Assembly: GCA_036276235.1 (NCBI GenBank)
Contig: DATBDZ010000403.1
Location: 7,100-71,099 of the forward strand
Source: Humisphaera sp.
Lineage (GTDB): Bacteria; Planctomycetota; Phycisphaerae; Tepidisphaerales; Tepidisphaeraceae
Reading direction: 5' to 3'
Length of the DNA stretch: 64,000 nt
This document shows, piece by piece, positions 1 to 8,659 of the stretch (within the stretch, counting starts at the first letter, position 1; every line of letters starts with the position of its first letter). The notes under the pieces are model-generated. The model was not told where the DNA came from. It saw nothing but the letters and a program-made list of their open reading frames with translations, and made no database searches. A program made the position numbers and the translations under genes.

Positions 1-9
1 CCCTCTCAC

Positions 10-444
10 GTGAAGACGCCAGCGCAATACATCGCCACACTTCCCGCCGATCGGGCGAAGACAATCGCGACGGTGCGGGCGCTCGTGAACAAGCACATTC
101 CCCGCGGCTACGAGGAGTGCATCGTCTGGGGAACGATCGGCTGGGTGATTCCTCTGTCGCGATATCCAGACACTTACAACAAGCAGCCGCTCTGCTACGT
201 CGCGGTCTCGTCGCAGAAGAACTACTGCTCGCTCTACCTGATGGGCGCGTACACATATGATGGGAGTGCGAGTCAGCTCAGGGAACTGGAGGCGGCATTC
301 AAGGCAGCGGGGAAGAAGCTGGACATGGGGAAGGCGTGCGTTCGTTTTCAGTCGCCCGACGATTTGCCGCTCGAAACGATCGGCAAGCTGATCTCGGCGA
401 TTTCGAGCGAGCAGTGGATCGAGATCTACAACAATCGCGCTTGA
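10..444 (+). CDS. DUF1801 (YdhG-like) domain protein
   Basis: 144-aa ORF. The pattern (YIATLP.., WGTIGW, KNYCSLYL, C-terminal helical part) matches my memory of the DUF1801 family. GTG start sits at the window edge, so the true start could lie upstream. Confidence 0.65.
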   Translation: MKTPAQYIATLPADRAKTIATVRALVNKHIPRGYEECIVWGTIGWVIPLSRYPDTYNKQPLCYVAVSSQKNYCSLYLMGAYTYDGSASQLRELEAAFKAAGKKLDMGKACVRFQSPDDLPLETIGKLISAISSEQWIEIYNNRA

Positions 445-624
445 TGACCAAAGCGGGGCAGGCGCGAAAGGCCAAGGAAGGCGCCCCGTCGGCGAGCAAG
501 GCGCGGGCGCGGCGCGCCGGGACAAAGCGTGAGCGGTAAGCTTTCGAAGCATGACTTGCTACACGACTCTTTTTTTGCACGGCAGGACAAAAGTGAGTTT
601 GTCCTATTCACCCTTGGAGATGTC

Positions 625-945
625 ATGACCACCACTACTATTCAGTCGATCAAGCGGGGCATTGTTTTTCTGATGGCAGAGTGGAGTGGTGGTGCACAGT
701 GGGCGCACCGACAGTTGGTCATGTTTCTGCAGCAGCGCGGGTTTCCCTTGGAGCAGTTGCACGTTTTGGACGTTGATCTCCATCCGGAACTTTACGGCGT
801 ACCGGAGTTGGCCGGCAAGATTCACGGTTGGGGAGAGGCGGCAGTCATCAGAGACGGCAGGATTATTCTTGTCACCGTTCTTGGCAAAGATCGAAGCCGG
901 ATTCACGAGCATTGTGACGAGTTGGTCAGAGCTTGTGACGCCTAA
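625..945 (+). CDS. thioredoxin-fold protein with degenerate active site
   Basis: ORF 529..945, with internal ATG 625 preferred. VFLMAEWSGGAQWA parallels the thioredoxin WCGPC stretch, but both Cys are replaced. Confidence 0.5.
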   Translation: MTTTTIQSIKRGIVFLMAEWSGGAQWAHRQLVMFLQQRGFPLEQLHVLDVDLHPELYGVPELAGKIHGWGEAAVIRDGRIILVTVLGKDRSRIHEHCDELVRACDA

Positions 946-1002
946 CCGGATAATGAAACGGAAAGAGGGACACTGCAACCAATTGGGAATGAGAGGTTGA
1001 CG

Positions 1003-2028
1003 ATGATGTCGATTCAACGTCTATTCAAAATTTCGCACCCCCTAATTTTCATCTGCGCAGTGATTGGCGGGATGCTGCTCGCAACCCGCGCCTTCGCGCA
1101 GGACCGCCCGGCCACGCAGGGTACGACTCAGCCGGCTGCGCGCGTGGGCGGTCGTGGCGGGCGTGGGCCGGTTTCGAGTTCGCCGCGCGATCGGCTGCCG
1201 TTTTCCAATTCTGATTTTGCGGCGTTGAAGCCTGACTTGCCGACGCTTTTTATTGCCGGAGACTCCACCGCCGCCACCGGCGATCCGGACCATCGCGGCT
1301 GGGGGGCGGTGATCGTCGATTACTTCGACACCAGCCGCATCAACCTGCTGAACTATGCGCAGGGCGGGGCATCGTTTCCATCGTTCTATGCGAGCCGCTG
1401 GCCGAAGATGGTGGCGGCAATGAAGCCGGGTGATTTTGTCGTGATCGAACTTGGCCACAACGGCGGCCACCTCGATGGAATCGGCGACGAAACGCGCGAA
1501 GGCCCGATGCGCACCGGCGCCGGCGGACCGACCGTGACCATTCACACGTATGGGTGGTATGTGCGCAAGTTCATCAACGACGGCAGGAGTAAAGGGGCCA
1601 CGCCGATCATCTCATCGACCAGTGTTCGAAATATCTGGACGAATCCCGACGCCACCTTCAACGAAGCTCGAATCGTCGATCAGAAGCCGAATTACAATCC
1701 TGCCGACGACCGCGTCGAGCGCGGCATGGGCCGAGTGCTCTCCAACGGCGAGCGCAGCATGCTCGTCTGGGCCAGACAGGTAGCGCAGGAGGAGAAAGTC
1801 CCATTCGTAGATCACAGCAACATCGCGGCAGATCTCTATGAGCGGCTCGGTCGCGCGGCAGTTCAAAAGTATCACACCGTCGATCGCACACATTTCAGCA
1901 CCGAAGGCGCCATCGCCCAGGCCCAGACGTTCATCGCCGGTCTCAAAGCGCTCCCCGACATGCCGCTCGTTGGATGTCTGAATGATAAGGGAAATGCGAT
2001 TGGGCCTTACAAGCCGGCGTCCAAATGA
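1003..2028 (+). CDS. secreted SGNH/GDSL esterase, rhamnogalacturonan-acetylesterase-like
   Basis: Signal-like N-terminus (IFICAVIGGMLLATRAFAQ). SGNH blocks FIAGDSTAA, GWG and ELGHNGG are present. ATG 1003 lies 6 nt after GAGAGG; TTG 997 is the ORF-track alternative. Confidence 0.8.
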   Translation: MMSIQRLFKISHPLIFICAVIGGMLLATRAFAQDRPATQGTTQPAARVGGRGGRGPVSSSPRDRLPFSNSDFAALKPDLPTLFIAGDSTAATGDPDHRGWGAVIVDYFDTSRINLLNYAQGGASFPSFYASRWPKMVAAMKPGDFVVIELGHNGGHLDGIGDETREGPMRTGAGGPTVTIHTYGWYVRKFINDGRSKGATPIISSTSVRNIWTNPDATFNEARIVDQKPNYNPADDRVERGMGRVLSNGERSMLVWARQVAQEEKVPFVDHSNIAADLYERLGRAAVQKYHTVDRTHFSTEGAIAQAQTFIAGLKALPDMPLVGCLNDKGNAIGPYKPASK

Positions 2029-2078
2029 TCGCCGGCGGCCACTGCTTACCGCGCAATTGATCCTGTGCCCTCTCAAAC

Positions 2079-2153
2079 AATTAAAGGTGACGCGAACCTT
2101 TAATTCAATTCCAGGCGAATTTCCATGTAAAGGTTCGCGTCACCTTTACTTAA
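2079..2153. repeat. palindromic intergenic element, copy 1 (arms AAAGGTGACGCGAACCTTTA / TAAAGGTTCGCGTCACCTTT)
   Basis: Perfect 20-bp inverted arms at 2083-2102 and 2128-2147. A second copy of the same element lies at 5023-5095. Confidence 0.85.
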
Positions 2154-2295
2154 TGCGTCGAGAGTCGAGAGATATGAACCGCCGATGCACGCGAACTCGA
2201 CCGAGGTCGCCCGTTGCGCGGCGGAGCGCCTCTGCCGCGCAACGGACAACGAACCGCAAACAACCGACAACAAACAGATCAGCCGCAGGCGATCA

Positions 2296-2877
2296 CTAGT
2301 AAGGTGATTTGGTTGTTGACGATGCCGTCGATTCCTTGGGGCTGTAGCTGAACTTCTGACCGCCCAGGGATGCTTCGTACATCAGGCCGCCGTTGACGCG
2401 GACGAAGGTGGCGACGCCGTTCTCAAACTTGGCCGTGGTGGCCGCACCCGCGGTGGCGGCGACCGCCGACGCGTTTCCGGAAAAGGCGAAGTCGCCGCTC
2501 TTGAATTTGTCGAGGGCCTCTTTGGTCTGGAATATCAGCAGCTCGCTATATCCCTGCCCGCCGGCCTGGAAGCCGATGGTCGCCTGCGACATGTCGGTCC
2601 AGCCGACCTGCGTTCCCTGTTCGTAGACCGCGCCCTTCCCGTAGGCGCCGCCGACGCCGACGGCTCCCTTCACGATGGAAGGCAGAATCGCGTAGCCATA
2701 CGATTTGTTGACCAGCTCCTGGAGTGTGTTGTCATCTTTATAGAACGCCTTCAAGGCGTCCGACGAAGCCGAGCGAAGCTCTTCCCGGTCGGAATGTGAA
2801 GTGGGCGCCGTCGAGCAACCGCCCAAGGCGATCAGGGCTAGAGCCGCCAACGAACAACGCAGTGCAAATGAGCGCAT
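2296..2877 (-). CDS. SYLF/Ysc84 (DUF500) family lipoprotein
   Basis: Lipobox LGGCS follows a hydrophobic leader. Blocks YGYAILPSIVKGAVGVGGAYGKGAV and FQAGGQ are typical of the SYLF domain. ATG at 2877 chosen over the ORF-track start 2937. Confidence 0.8.
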   Translation of the reverse strand: MRSFALRCSLAALALIALGGCSTAPTSHSDREELRSASSDALKAFYKDDNTLQELVNKSYGYAILPSIVKGAVGVGGAYGKGAVYEQGTQVGWTDMSQATIGFQAGGQGYSELLIFQTKEALDKFKSGDFAFSGNASAVAATAGAATTAKFENGVATFVRVNGGLMYEASLGGQKFSYSPKESTASSTTKSPY

Positions 2878-3225
2878 GGTCGATCTCCTCAGATCAGAGT
2901 GGATGAAGCGGCCGGACCTTCCGGCACCGCATATCATCTTCCTGCCCAGTCATCGCTATGGATATTGGACTTTAGTGCTATACGGCGTATCGCGGGCCGG
3001 CCTCCGAACCATGAGCACGCTGCAACCACGATTTTACCAAATCATTACCGCAAGCTTATGACTCGCCCTTCCCACCCCGCCTAAAACCTCCTCATGACAT
3101 GCGACGAACCGTTCCGGTCGCCGCATGTCAGTTCGGGCTGCGTGGCCATTGCCAGCAGAAAAGCCCGGGCAGATCGACGAAAGAAAACAAGGGCCGTCCA
3201 TCGTGATGGCCAGAGGAGATGTGTT

Positions 3226-4950
3226 ATGAGCTCCGTTGTATTTGAATCGCTTGAACGCCGCACCCATTTTTCCGTGACGGCGGTTTTCGCGCCGGTGACG
3301 GGGGTGCTGAATGTGACCGGCGATAACGCCTCTAATGCGATCGTCGTCAGCCGCGATGCGGCCGGCAGAATTCTGGTGAACGGTGGGACGGTCAATGTGA
3401 GCGGCGGCATCGCGACCGTCGCCAATACGCACAGCATTGCCGTGTCGGGGCTGGGCGGGAACGACGCCTTGACGCTTGACCAAACCCATGGAGCACTCCC
3501 CGCCGCGCAGCTGAATGGCGGCGCCGGGAATGACACGCTGACCGGCGGCGATGGAAATGATCTGCTGATCGGCGGCGACGGAAACGACCTGGTCATCGGC
3601 GGCCGCGGGAGCGACGTCGCCCAGATGGGAGCCGGCGACGATACCTTCGTCTGGAACCCGGGCGACGGCTCCGATGTCATCGACGGCCAGGGCGGCAACG
3701 ACACCATGCAATTCAATGGCGCAAGCGTGGCCGAGGGCGTTAGCCTTTCCGCAATTAGAACTCATCTGCATTTCACGCGAGACGTGGCGAACATCGCGAT
3801 GGACACCGTCGGCGTCGAAAATGTCAACTTCAAAGCGCTCGGTGGCGCTGATGTCATCCGAATCGGTGACTTGAGCGCTACGGATGTGAAGCATGTTAAC
3901 CTCGACCTGGCGTCGCCGGCGGGAAGCGGCACCGGCGACGGAGCAGTCGACTTCGTGAACGTCTTCGGCAGCAATGGCAATGTGAACGACCACATTCAGA
4001 TCGCCGGTGCTGGAAGCAGCTATAGCGTCACTGGTCTCTCTGAGACGGTCTCCGTGACCGGCTCGGAAGCAACCGACCAGTTAACGGTCACCCCATCAGA
4101 TGGAAATAGCATCGTGAACGCGCAGGGGCTCGCGGCCGTGACGACGCATCTGACCGTCGTCGGCGGCCATGGCAATGACACCATCACCGGCGGGCAGGGT
4201 AACGACATGCTCCTCGGCGGCGACGGCAACGACGTTATCATCGGCGGCCCAGGTCATGACACGGCGCTTCTGGGCACAGGCGATGACACGTTCATCTGGA
4301 ACCCCGGCGATGGTAGCGACATCATCGAAGGCCAGGCCGGCGACGACACGATGCTCTTCAATGGCGCCAATGTCGCCGAAAAAGTCGATATCGCCGCCAA
4401 TGGAACGCGCCTGCGATTCACGCGCGATGTGGCGAACATCGTCATGGACGCCGACGGCATTGAGAATGTGAATTTCCGCGCGCTCGGCGGCGCTGACGCG
4501 ATCACCGTGGAAGACCTCGCCGGCACCGCCGTAACCGCGGTGAACCTTGACCTCGGCAGCAACGGGGCCGGTGGCGGGGGCGCCGGTGATGGCAGCGCCG
4601 ACACCGTCATCGTCAATGGCACCGCCGGCAAGGATGTCATCTCGGCGTCCGGTACTTCGGGCGCGGCATCCCTCAAAGGGCTGGCGACGCTGGTGCGTAT
4701 CACCAACGCCGAGGCAGCCAATGACCGCCTGATTGTCCGGGGCAATGCGGGTGATGACGTGGTTGAGGCCTCCAACCTGGGTGCCCACACCATTCAGTTC
4801 AGTGCCGACGGCGGCGCTGGTAACGATGTGCTCATCGGCAGCGCCGGCAACGACACCCTCACCGGCGACGCCGGCGACGACCTGCTCATCGGCGGCCCCG
4901 GCAACGACCTGCTCGACGGCGGCACCGGTAACAATGTGCTGATCCAATAG
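3226..4950 (+). CDS. RTX-type calcium-binding repeat protein
   Basis: Runs of GGxGxD nonapeptides (GGAGNDTLTGGDGNDLLIGGDGNDLVIGG; GGHGNDTITGGQGNDMLLGGDGNDVIIGG; C-terminal GGAGNDVLIGSAGNDTLTGDAGDDLLIGGPGNDLLDGG). ATG 3226 follows GGAGAT. N-terminus reads MSSVVFESLERR. Confidence 0.85.
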   Translation: MSSVVFESLERRTHFSVTAVFAPVTGVLNVTGDNASNAIVVSRDAAGRILVNGGTVNVSGGIATVANTHSIAVSGLGGNDALTLDQTHGALPAAQLNGGAGNDTLTGGDGNDLLIGGDGNDLVIGGRGSDVAQMGAGDDTFVWNPGDGSDVIDGQGGNDTMQFNGASVAEGVSLSAIRTHLHFTRDVANIAMDTVGVENVNFKALGGADVIRIGDLSATDVKHVNLDLASPAGSGTGDGAVDFVNVFGSNGNVNDHIQIAGAGSSYSVTGLSETVSVTGSEATDQLTVTPSDGNSIVNAQGLAAVTTHLTVVGGHGNDTITGGQGNDMLLGGDGNDVIIGGPGHDTALLGTGDDTFIWNPGDGSDIIEGQAGDDTMLFNGANVAEKVDIAANGTRLRFTRDVANIVMDADGIENVNFRALGGADAITVEDLAGTAVTAVNLDLGSNGAGGGGAGDGSADTVIVNGTAGKDVISASGTSGAASLKGLATLVRITNAEAANDRLIVRGNAGDDVVEASNLGAHTIQFSADGGAGNDVLIGSAGNDTLTGDAGDDLLIGGPGNDLLDGGTGNNVLIQ

Positions 4951-4980
4951 CCGCAGCCCAAAAAAGGGGAAATTCCGCGA

Positions 4981-5020
4981 GCCGGGAAGGCGCAAGTGCC
5001 TTCCCGGCTCGATTCGTTTC
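4981..5020 (+). terminator. candidate intrinsic terminator after the RTX gene
   Basis: 11-bp GC-rich stem GCCGGGAAGGC (4981-4991) / GCCTTCCCGGC (4998-5008), 30 nt after the stop. The T tail is weak (TCGATTCGTTTCC). Confidence 0.5.
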
Positions 5021-5022
5021 CG

Positions 5023-5095
5023 AATTAAAGGTGACGCGAACCTTTAATTGAATTTTCGCGCGAATTCCGTGGAAAGGTTCGCGTCACCTTCAATT
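5023..5095. repeat. palindromic intergenic element, copy 2
   Basis: Left arm 5027-5046 is identical to copy 1. Right arm 5072-5090 is 18/20 complementary. The loop sequence resembles copy 1. Confidence 0.85.
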
Positions 5096-5107
5096 GTTCC
5101 CCTCGGA

Positions 5108-5210
5108 CTTGAAACCAGAAACCCGAAAACCGAAACCCATTTCCCCTTCCCCAACTTGAAACCTGAAACCAGAAACCCGAAACTCATGCCCAACCTGAAA
5201 CCCGAAACTC
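5108..5210 (+). repeat. GAAACCC-type heptamer arrays (three blocks) in the 5' leader of the 5230 gene
   Basis: Reads gaaacca gaaaccc gaaaacc gaaaccc ... gaaacct gaaacca gaaaccc gaaactc ... ctgaaaccc gaaactc directly in the sequence. Confidence 0.9.
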
Positions 5211-5229
5211 ATTCGATCTGGAGGCATCC

Positions 5230-6078
5230 TTGCGCGTTCGCATTACTTTGCTGGCGGCTCTCTTCACGTTTTGCGTCTCATCCGCCCGCGCCGAGATCCA
5301 TATCTACTGCGCGGATCACAACAACAAGAAGCTGATCAAGATCAAGGAGGATGGCACGCTCCTGTGGGAATTCCCCAACAACAATGGCCACGATGTGCAG
5401 TTGCTTAAGAATGGCAATCTGCTGATCGTGACCGGCGAAGTGCAGGAGGTGTCGCCGGACAAGAAGATCGTGTGGCACATCGGCCGCCCGACGATTCGCA
5501 GTGCCGAGGCGGCGCAGCGGCTGGACAACGGCAACACCGTCATCGCCGACAATGGGCAGCATGCGGTCATCGAAATCGACGACAAGAATCAGGAAGTGTG
5601 GCGATTTGATGTGCCGAACAACAACAAACGCCCGCAGCCAACCATGCGGCAAGTCCGTCGACTGCCCAATGGCAACACGCTCATCTGTGCCAGCACCGAA
5701 GATGAAGTGTGGGAAGTGAATCCGCAGAAGCAGATCGTCTGGCGATACAAGATTCCGTTCCCCTACCTGGCGACCCGCCTCGAAAACGGCAACACCCTCA
5801 TGAGCAGCGGCGACGGCTACGGCAGCCCGCGCGGGTACTACGTCATCGAAGTAGATCCGCAAGGCAAAACCGTCTGGAAGTTCGGCGGAGCCGATGCCCC
5901 GGACGATCAGAAGCTCAACTGGCCTTCAGGATTCGTGCGCTACAAAGACGGCAACACCTATGTCTCCGAAGCGCAAGGCGCGGATATCAAAGTGCTCTCG
6001 CCGGACAAGAAAGTGCTGCGCACGATCACAAGCCCGGCGATGAAGCATCCGTGTACGCTGGTGATTGTGGATGAGTAA
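5230..6078 (+). CDS. secreted beta-propeller-like repeat protein
   Basis: Signal peptide (ALFTFCVSSARA). Five to six blades of about 45 aa each carry an xNGN motif (LKNGNLLIV, LDNGNTVIA, LPNGNTLIC, LENGNTLMS, YKDGNTYVS). TTG start lies 5 nt after GGAGG. Confidence 0.75.
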   Translation: MRVRITLLAALFTFCVSSARAEIHIYCADHNNKKLIKIKEDGTLLWEFPNNNGHDVQLLKNGNLLIVTGEVQEVSPDKKIVWHIGRPTIRSAEAAQRLDNGNTVIADNGQHAVIEIDDKNQEVWRFDVPNNNKRPQPTMRQVRRLPNGNTLICASTEDEVWEVNPQKQIVWRYKIPFPYLATRLENGNTLMSSGDGYGSPRGYYVIEVDPQGKTVWKFGGADAPDDQKLNWPSGFVRYKDGNTYVSEAQGADIKVLSPDKKVLRTITSPAMKHPCTLVIVDE

Positions 6079-6371
6079 CGGTCAGTCGCGGTACTCCGAG
6101 TGGAGTCGTCCCCTTTTTCCGTTTCCAACGGCTGACCTCTGCCGACGACGACACGTTCGGAAGAGGCTCGAAAGCGATGTAACACTTTGTATAAAATGTA
6201 GCGCGCCGAGCCTGCTCGATTTGTCTAATCATTGCTTGACGACATTCTTAAGTCGTTCTGCGACAACTGCTTGCAAGACTTGGGCTGACTTATTTATGGT
6301 CCGATGAATTCCACCTCGTAACACATTAATTGTCAAGCTATATTTTGATAAATCGCCCGGGCCGTTGGGGC

Positions 6372-7121
6372 TTAATATGTACACGTCCCCGTTTCCGCTC
6401 CCGTCCCCGTTTCCGTTCCCCCTTTTTCGCTCTGTTGTTGATGCCGTCGTCGGGCCAGCCGAATCAGATGTCGCGTAGAGGTCAGTCGCCGTACTCCGAG
6501 AGGACCCGTGCCTTTGCTGCAGCCGGTCCGGTGAAGTAGCAGTCCCCCTTTCCCCCACTCATCCCCTTTTTCGCCACCATCTCCTTTCCGTCTTCTGTCC
6601 GGATTTTCAGTGCTGCTCGCATTTCCCATTTCACTCTTCTCAAGTTGGGAGATCTTCGCGATCTTTCCATCAGAATCATATCCAGCGGCGGCCGTCACCT
6701 CGAATCCGCGAAGCCTTGATAATGCACGGCGCGCCTCTTCACGATCCTGAGCCCTGACAATAAAACAGAAAACAAAAGGTATGGTTTCCTCATCACAAAA
6801 GGGCAAAACTAACGCGTAGAGTGAAGCATCGCCCTCCGGATAACGAAACGCCTCGGTCAGACCATTTGTGCGCCTTAACACGCATGGTCGAGCGAACGCC
6901 TTGAATCTTCTAACTGCCTCATCCACCACTGAAGCCTGTTCATTTTTCCCTGGCCGAACATGGGACAAGACTTGCAAATTGACGCCATCCGGATCGCCAT
7001 CGTTGCGTTGGACGTAAAATGCAATTGCTTCACTAGCTCCGGCGACATGGGACATGCGAACGAGAAAATGTCTGGCCATTGATGACAACAGCGGTGACTC
7101 AAAATCTTCCATTGCGTTCAA
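6372..7121 (-). CDS. hypothetical protein (C-terminal third encoded by low-complexity repeat DNA)
   Basis: 250-codon ORF. The first ~160 aa look protein-like. The tail (GDGGEKGDEWGKGG...GTETGTGAETGT) runs through hexamer and CCCCTTTTTC repeats, so the real 3' end is doubtful. Confidence 0.4.
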   Translation of the reverse strand: MNAMEDFESPLLSSMARHFLVRMSHVAGASEAIAFYVQRNDGDPDGVNLQVLSHVRPGKNEQASVVDEAVRRFKAFARPCVLRRTNGLTEAFRYPEGDASLYALVLPFCDEETIPFVFCFIVRAQDREEARRALSRLRGFEVTAAAGYDSDGKIAKISQLEKSEMGNASSTENPDRRRKGDGGEKGDEWGKGGLLLHRTGCSKGTGPLGVRRLTSTRHLIRLARRRHQQQSEKGGTETGTGAETGTCTY

Positions 7122-7150
7122 TCCTCAACTCGCCCCGCCCGTCCAGTTTT

Positions 7151-7711
7151 TTACTCCCGGGCCCTATCGGAAGCCAGCAGTTCAATCAGCCGCTCGCCCC
7201 ACACCGCCTGGTCGCGCCCCAGGGCTTTTCTGGATTCTGGGTCGCCGGCGTTGGGATCGAACCGCAAGGCTTGGAGCAGCCCGCGCGCCAGGAGGGACAG
7301 CCCAAGCAGCGCCATGACGACCGTGAGGCTGACACTGACGGTCCCCAGGGAGAACGCCAGCGGCACCAGCGAAAGACAGCTGATCACACCGCCGACAATC
7401 TGTAGGATGTTAATGGATCGCTCTTCCTTGAGTATCCGGACCATGTCGTCCTGGTAGCAGCCGCAGGTCGGGCAGGGAACCGGATGCACCACGTTTTGGC
7501 TTTTGCTCAGCAGGTTCTGCTGGGCCTTTTGGCGTGCGAGATCGGCGGATGCTTCTCCGCCGACAAAAAGGACATCGTGATTCTCGCCGCGGGCTTCCAG
7601 TTTCAGAACGACGGCGTACGGTTCATGGCAGTGGGCGCAGGTGAGCATTCTCAAGAATTCGCCCTGCACGGTGGCCACATGCTTCACACCAATTGGAACG
7701 TGAATGACCAT
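7151..7711 (-). CDS. zinc-ribbon membrane protein, unknown function
   Basis: CAHCH...CPTCGC Cys pairs followed by two hydrophobic spans. ATG 7711 chosen because the longer ORF-track start overlaps the upstream gene. Confidence 0.6.
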   Translation of the reverse strand: MVIHVPIGVKHVATVQGEFLRMLTCAHCHEPYAVVLKLEARGENHDVLFVGGEASADLARQKAQQNLLSKSQNVVHPVPCPTCGCYQDDMVRILKEERSINILQIVGGVISCLSLVPLAFSLGTVSVSLTVVMALLGLSLLARGLLQALRFDPNAGDPESRKALGRDQAVWGERLIELLASDRARE

Positions 7712-7763
7712 GGCATCTCCGATGTCGTGTCCCGTAACAGTGTTCGCCACGCGCCAGACGCAA

Positions 7764-8606
7764 TTACCCCCGTCCGCGCGGCCGTTGCGTCGCCGCCTTC
7801 TCCACAAGTCGCCGCAGTTCCTTTAGCGGCTCGGGGTTGTCATCCACCTGCAGGCGTAGCACGGTATCGTTGTGGAGCCAGACGCCGCCGTCTTTTTTTA
7901 CGATGATCATTGCGGCGCTCTGCATGCCTCGCTTGTCTCCGCCGGCCTTCTGGCCGGCTTCCAGGGCCGCCATCAGGCGGAACGACAGGTGGCCGGCGGC
8001 TCCGGTCGCGGGCGCCTTCTCGAAGGCCTCGACCATCTCATTCACGACGGCTTCGCCGGCGAGAATGTTTCCCTGTGCCGTGCAGAATTTCCCCTGCTTG
8101 CCCCCCGCCCACGCGGTGGCTTTGGTGCCGGTGAAGGTGGCGGTTTGGCCCCTGAGATTGATGACGGCAAACTGCCGTCCATCCTTTGACCAGTCGCGCG
8201 GCCGCGGGTCCGGATCCTTTTCCCAGATTTGTTTGATGATGTCCGTCGGCGCAAGGCCCTGCTTGAGCAGCGCAAGGGCTCGCGGCCCGTAGGAGACATC
8301 GACGATCGCCTGCGTCGCCGCCGCCCCTGCGTCGGCGTCGGCCCAGAGCACGCCATTGCCCACGGAGAAGACGCGCGACTGCACCGCGCCGCCGACTTCG
8401 CCGGTCGCCGGATCGAATCCCAGGATGGAAAAAGTCGCCACCGGCGGCCCCGGTGCATCTTGCGCCGCGATACGTATCTGTGGCGTTTGTCGCGTTTGTG
8501 CCATCTGACCTTCCCGCGGCGATGCCGCTGAGTGAATGGCCAGTATTCCCGCAAGCAACACAGGCACGGCAAGAATTGCCGCGATCCGCAAGTTGAAACG
8601 CAACAT
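7764..8606 (-). CDS. DUF1028 family (Ntn-hydrolase-like) secreted protein
   Basis: Signal anchor, then ATFSILGFDPATGEVGGAVQSR, the characteristic DUF1028 N-terminal block. ATG 8606. Confidence 0.8.
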   Translation of the reverse strand: MLRFNLRIAAILAVPVLLAGILAIHSAASPREGQMAQTRQTPQIRIAAQDAPGPPVATFSILGFDPATGEVGGAVQSRVFSVGNGVLWADADAGAAATQAIVDVSYGPRALALLKQGLAPTDIIKQIWEKDPDPRPRDWSKDGRQFAVINLRGQTATFTGTKATAWAGGKQGKFCTAQGNILAGEAVVNEMVEAFEKAPATGAAGHLSFRLMAALEAGQKAGGDKRGMQSAAMIIVKKDGGVWLHNDTVLRLQVDDNPEPLKELRRLVEKAATQRPRGRG

Positions 8607-8659
8607 AATGACCTCGCAAACGCTGGCCGTTTGCCCTGAATGCCCCGGAGGGATGCGCG

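Noticed and set aside
3034-4995. Long antisense ORFs inside the RTX gene (3034..3993, 4096..4995 and others)
   Set aside because: They mirror the GGxGxD-coding strand. Only the sense frame has recognisable repeats, a start context and a terminator.
5048-5335. 95-aa ORF over the heptamer arrays
   Set aside because: It translates to ..ETRNPKTETH..KPETRNPK.. repeats, overlaps the palindromic element and overlaps the real gene start at 5230.
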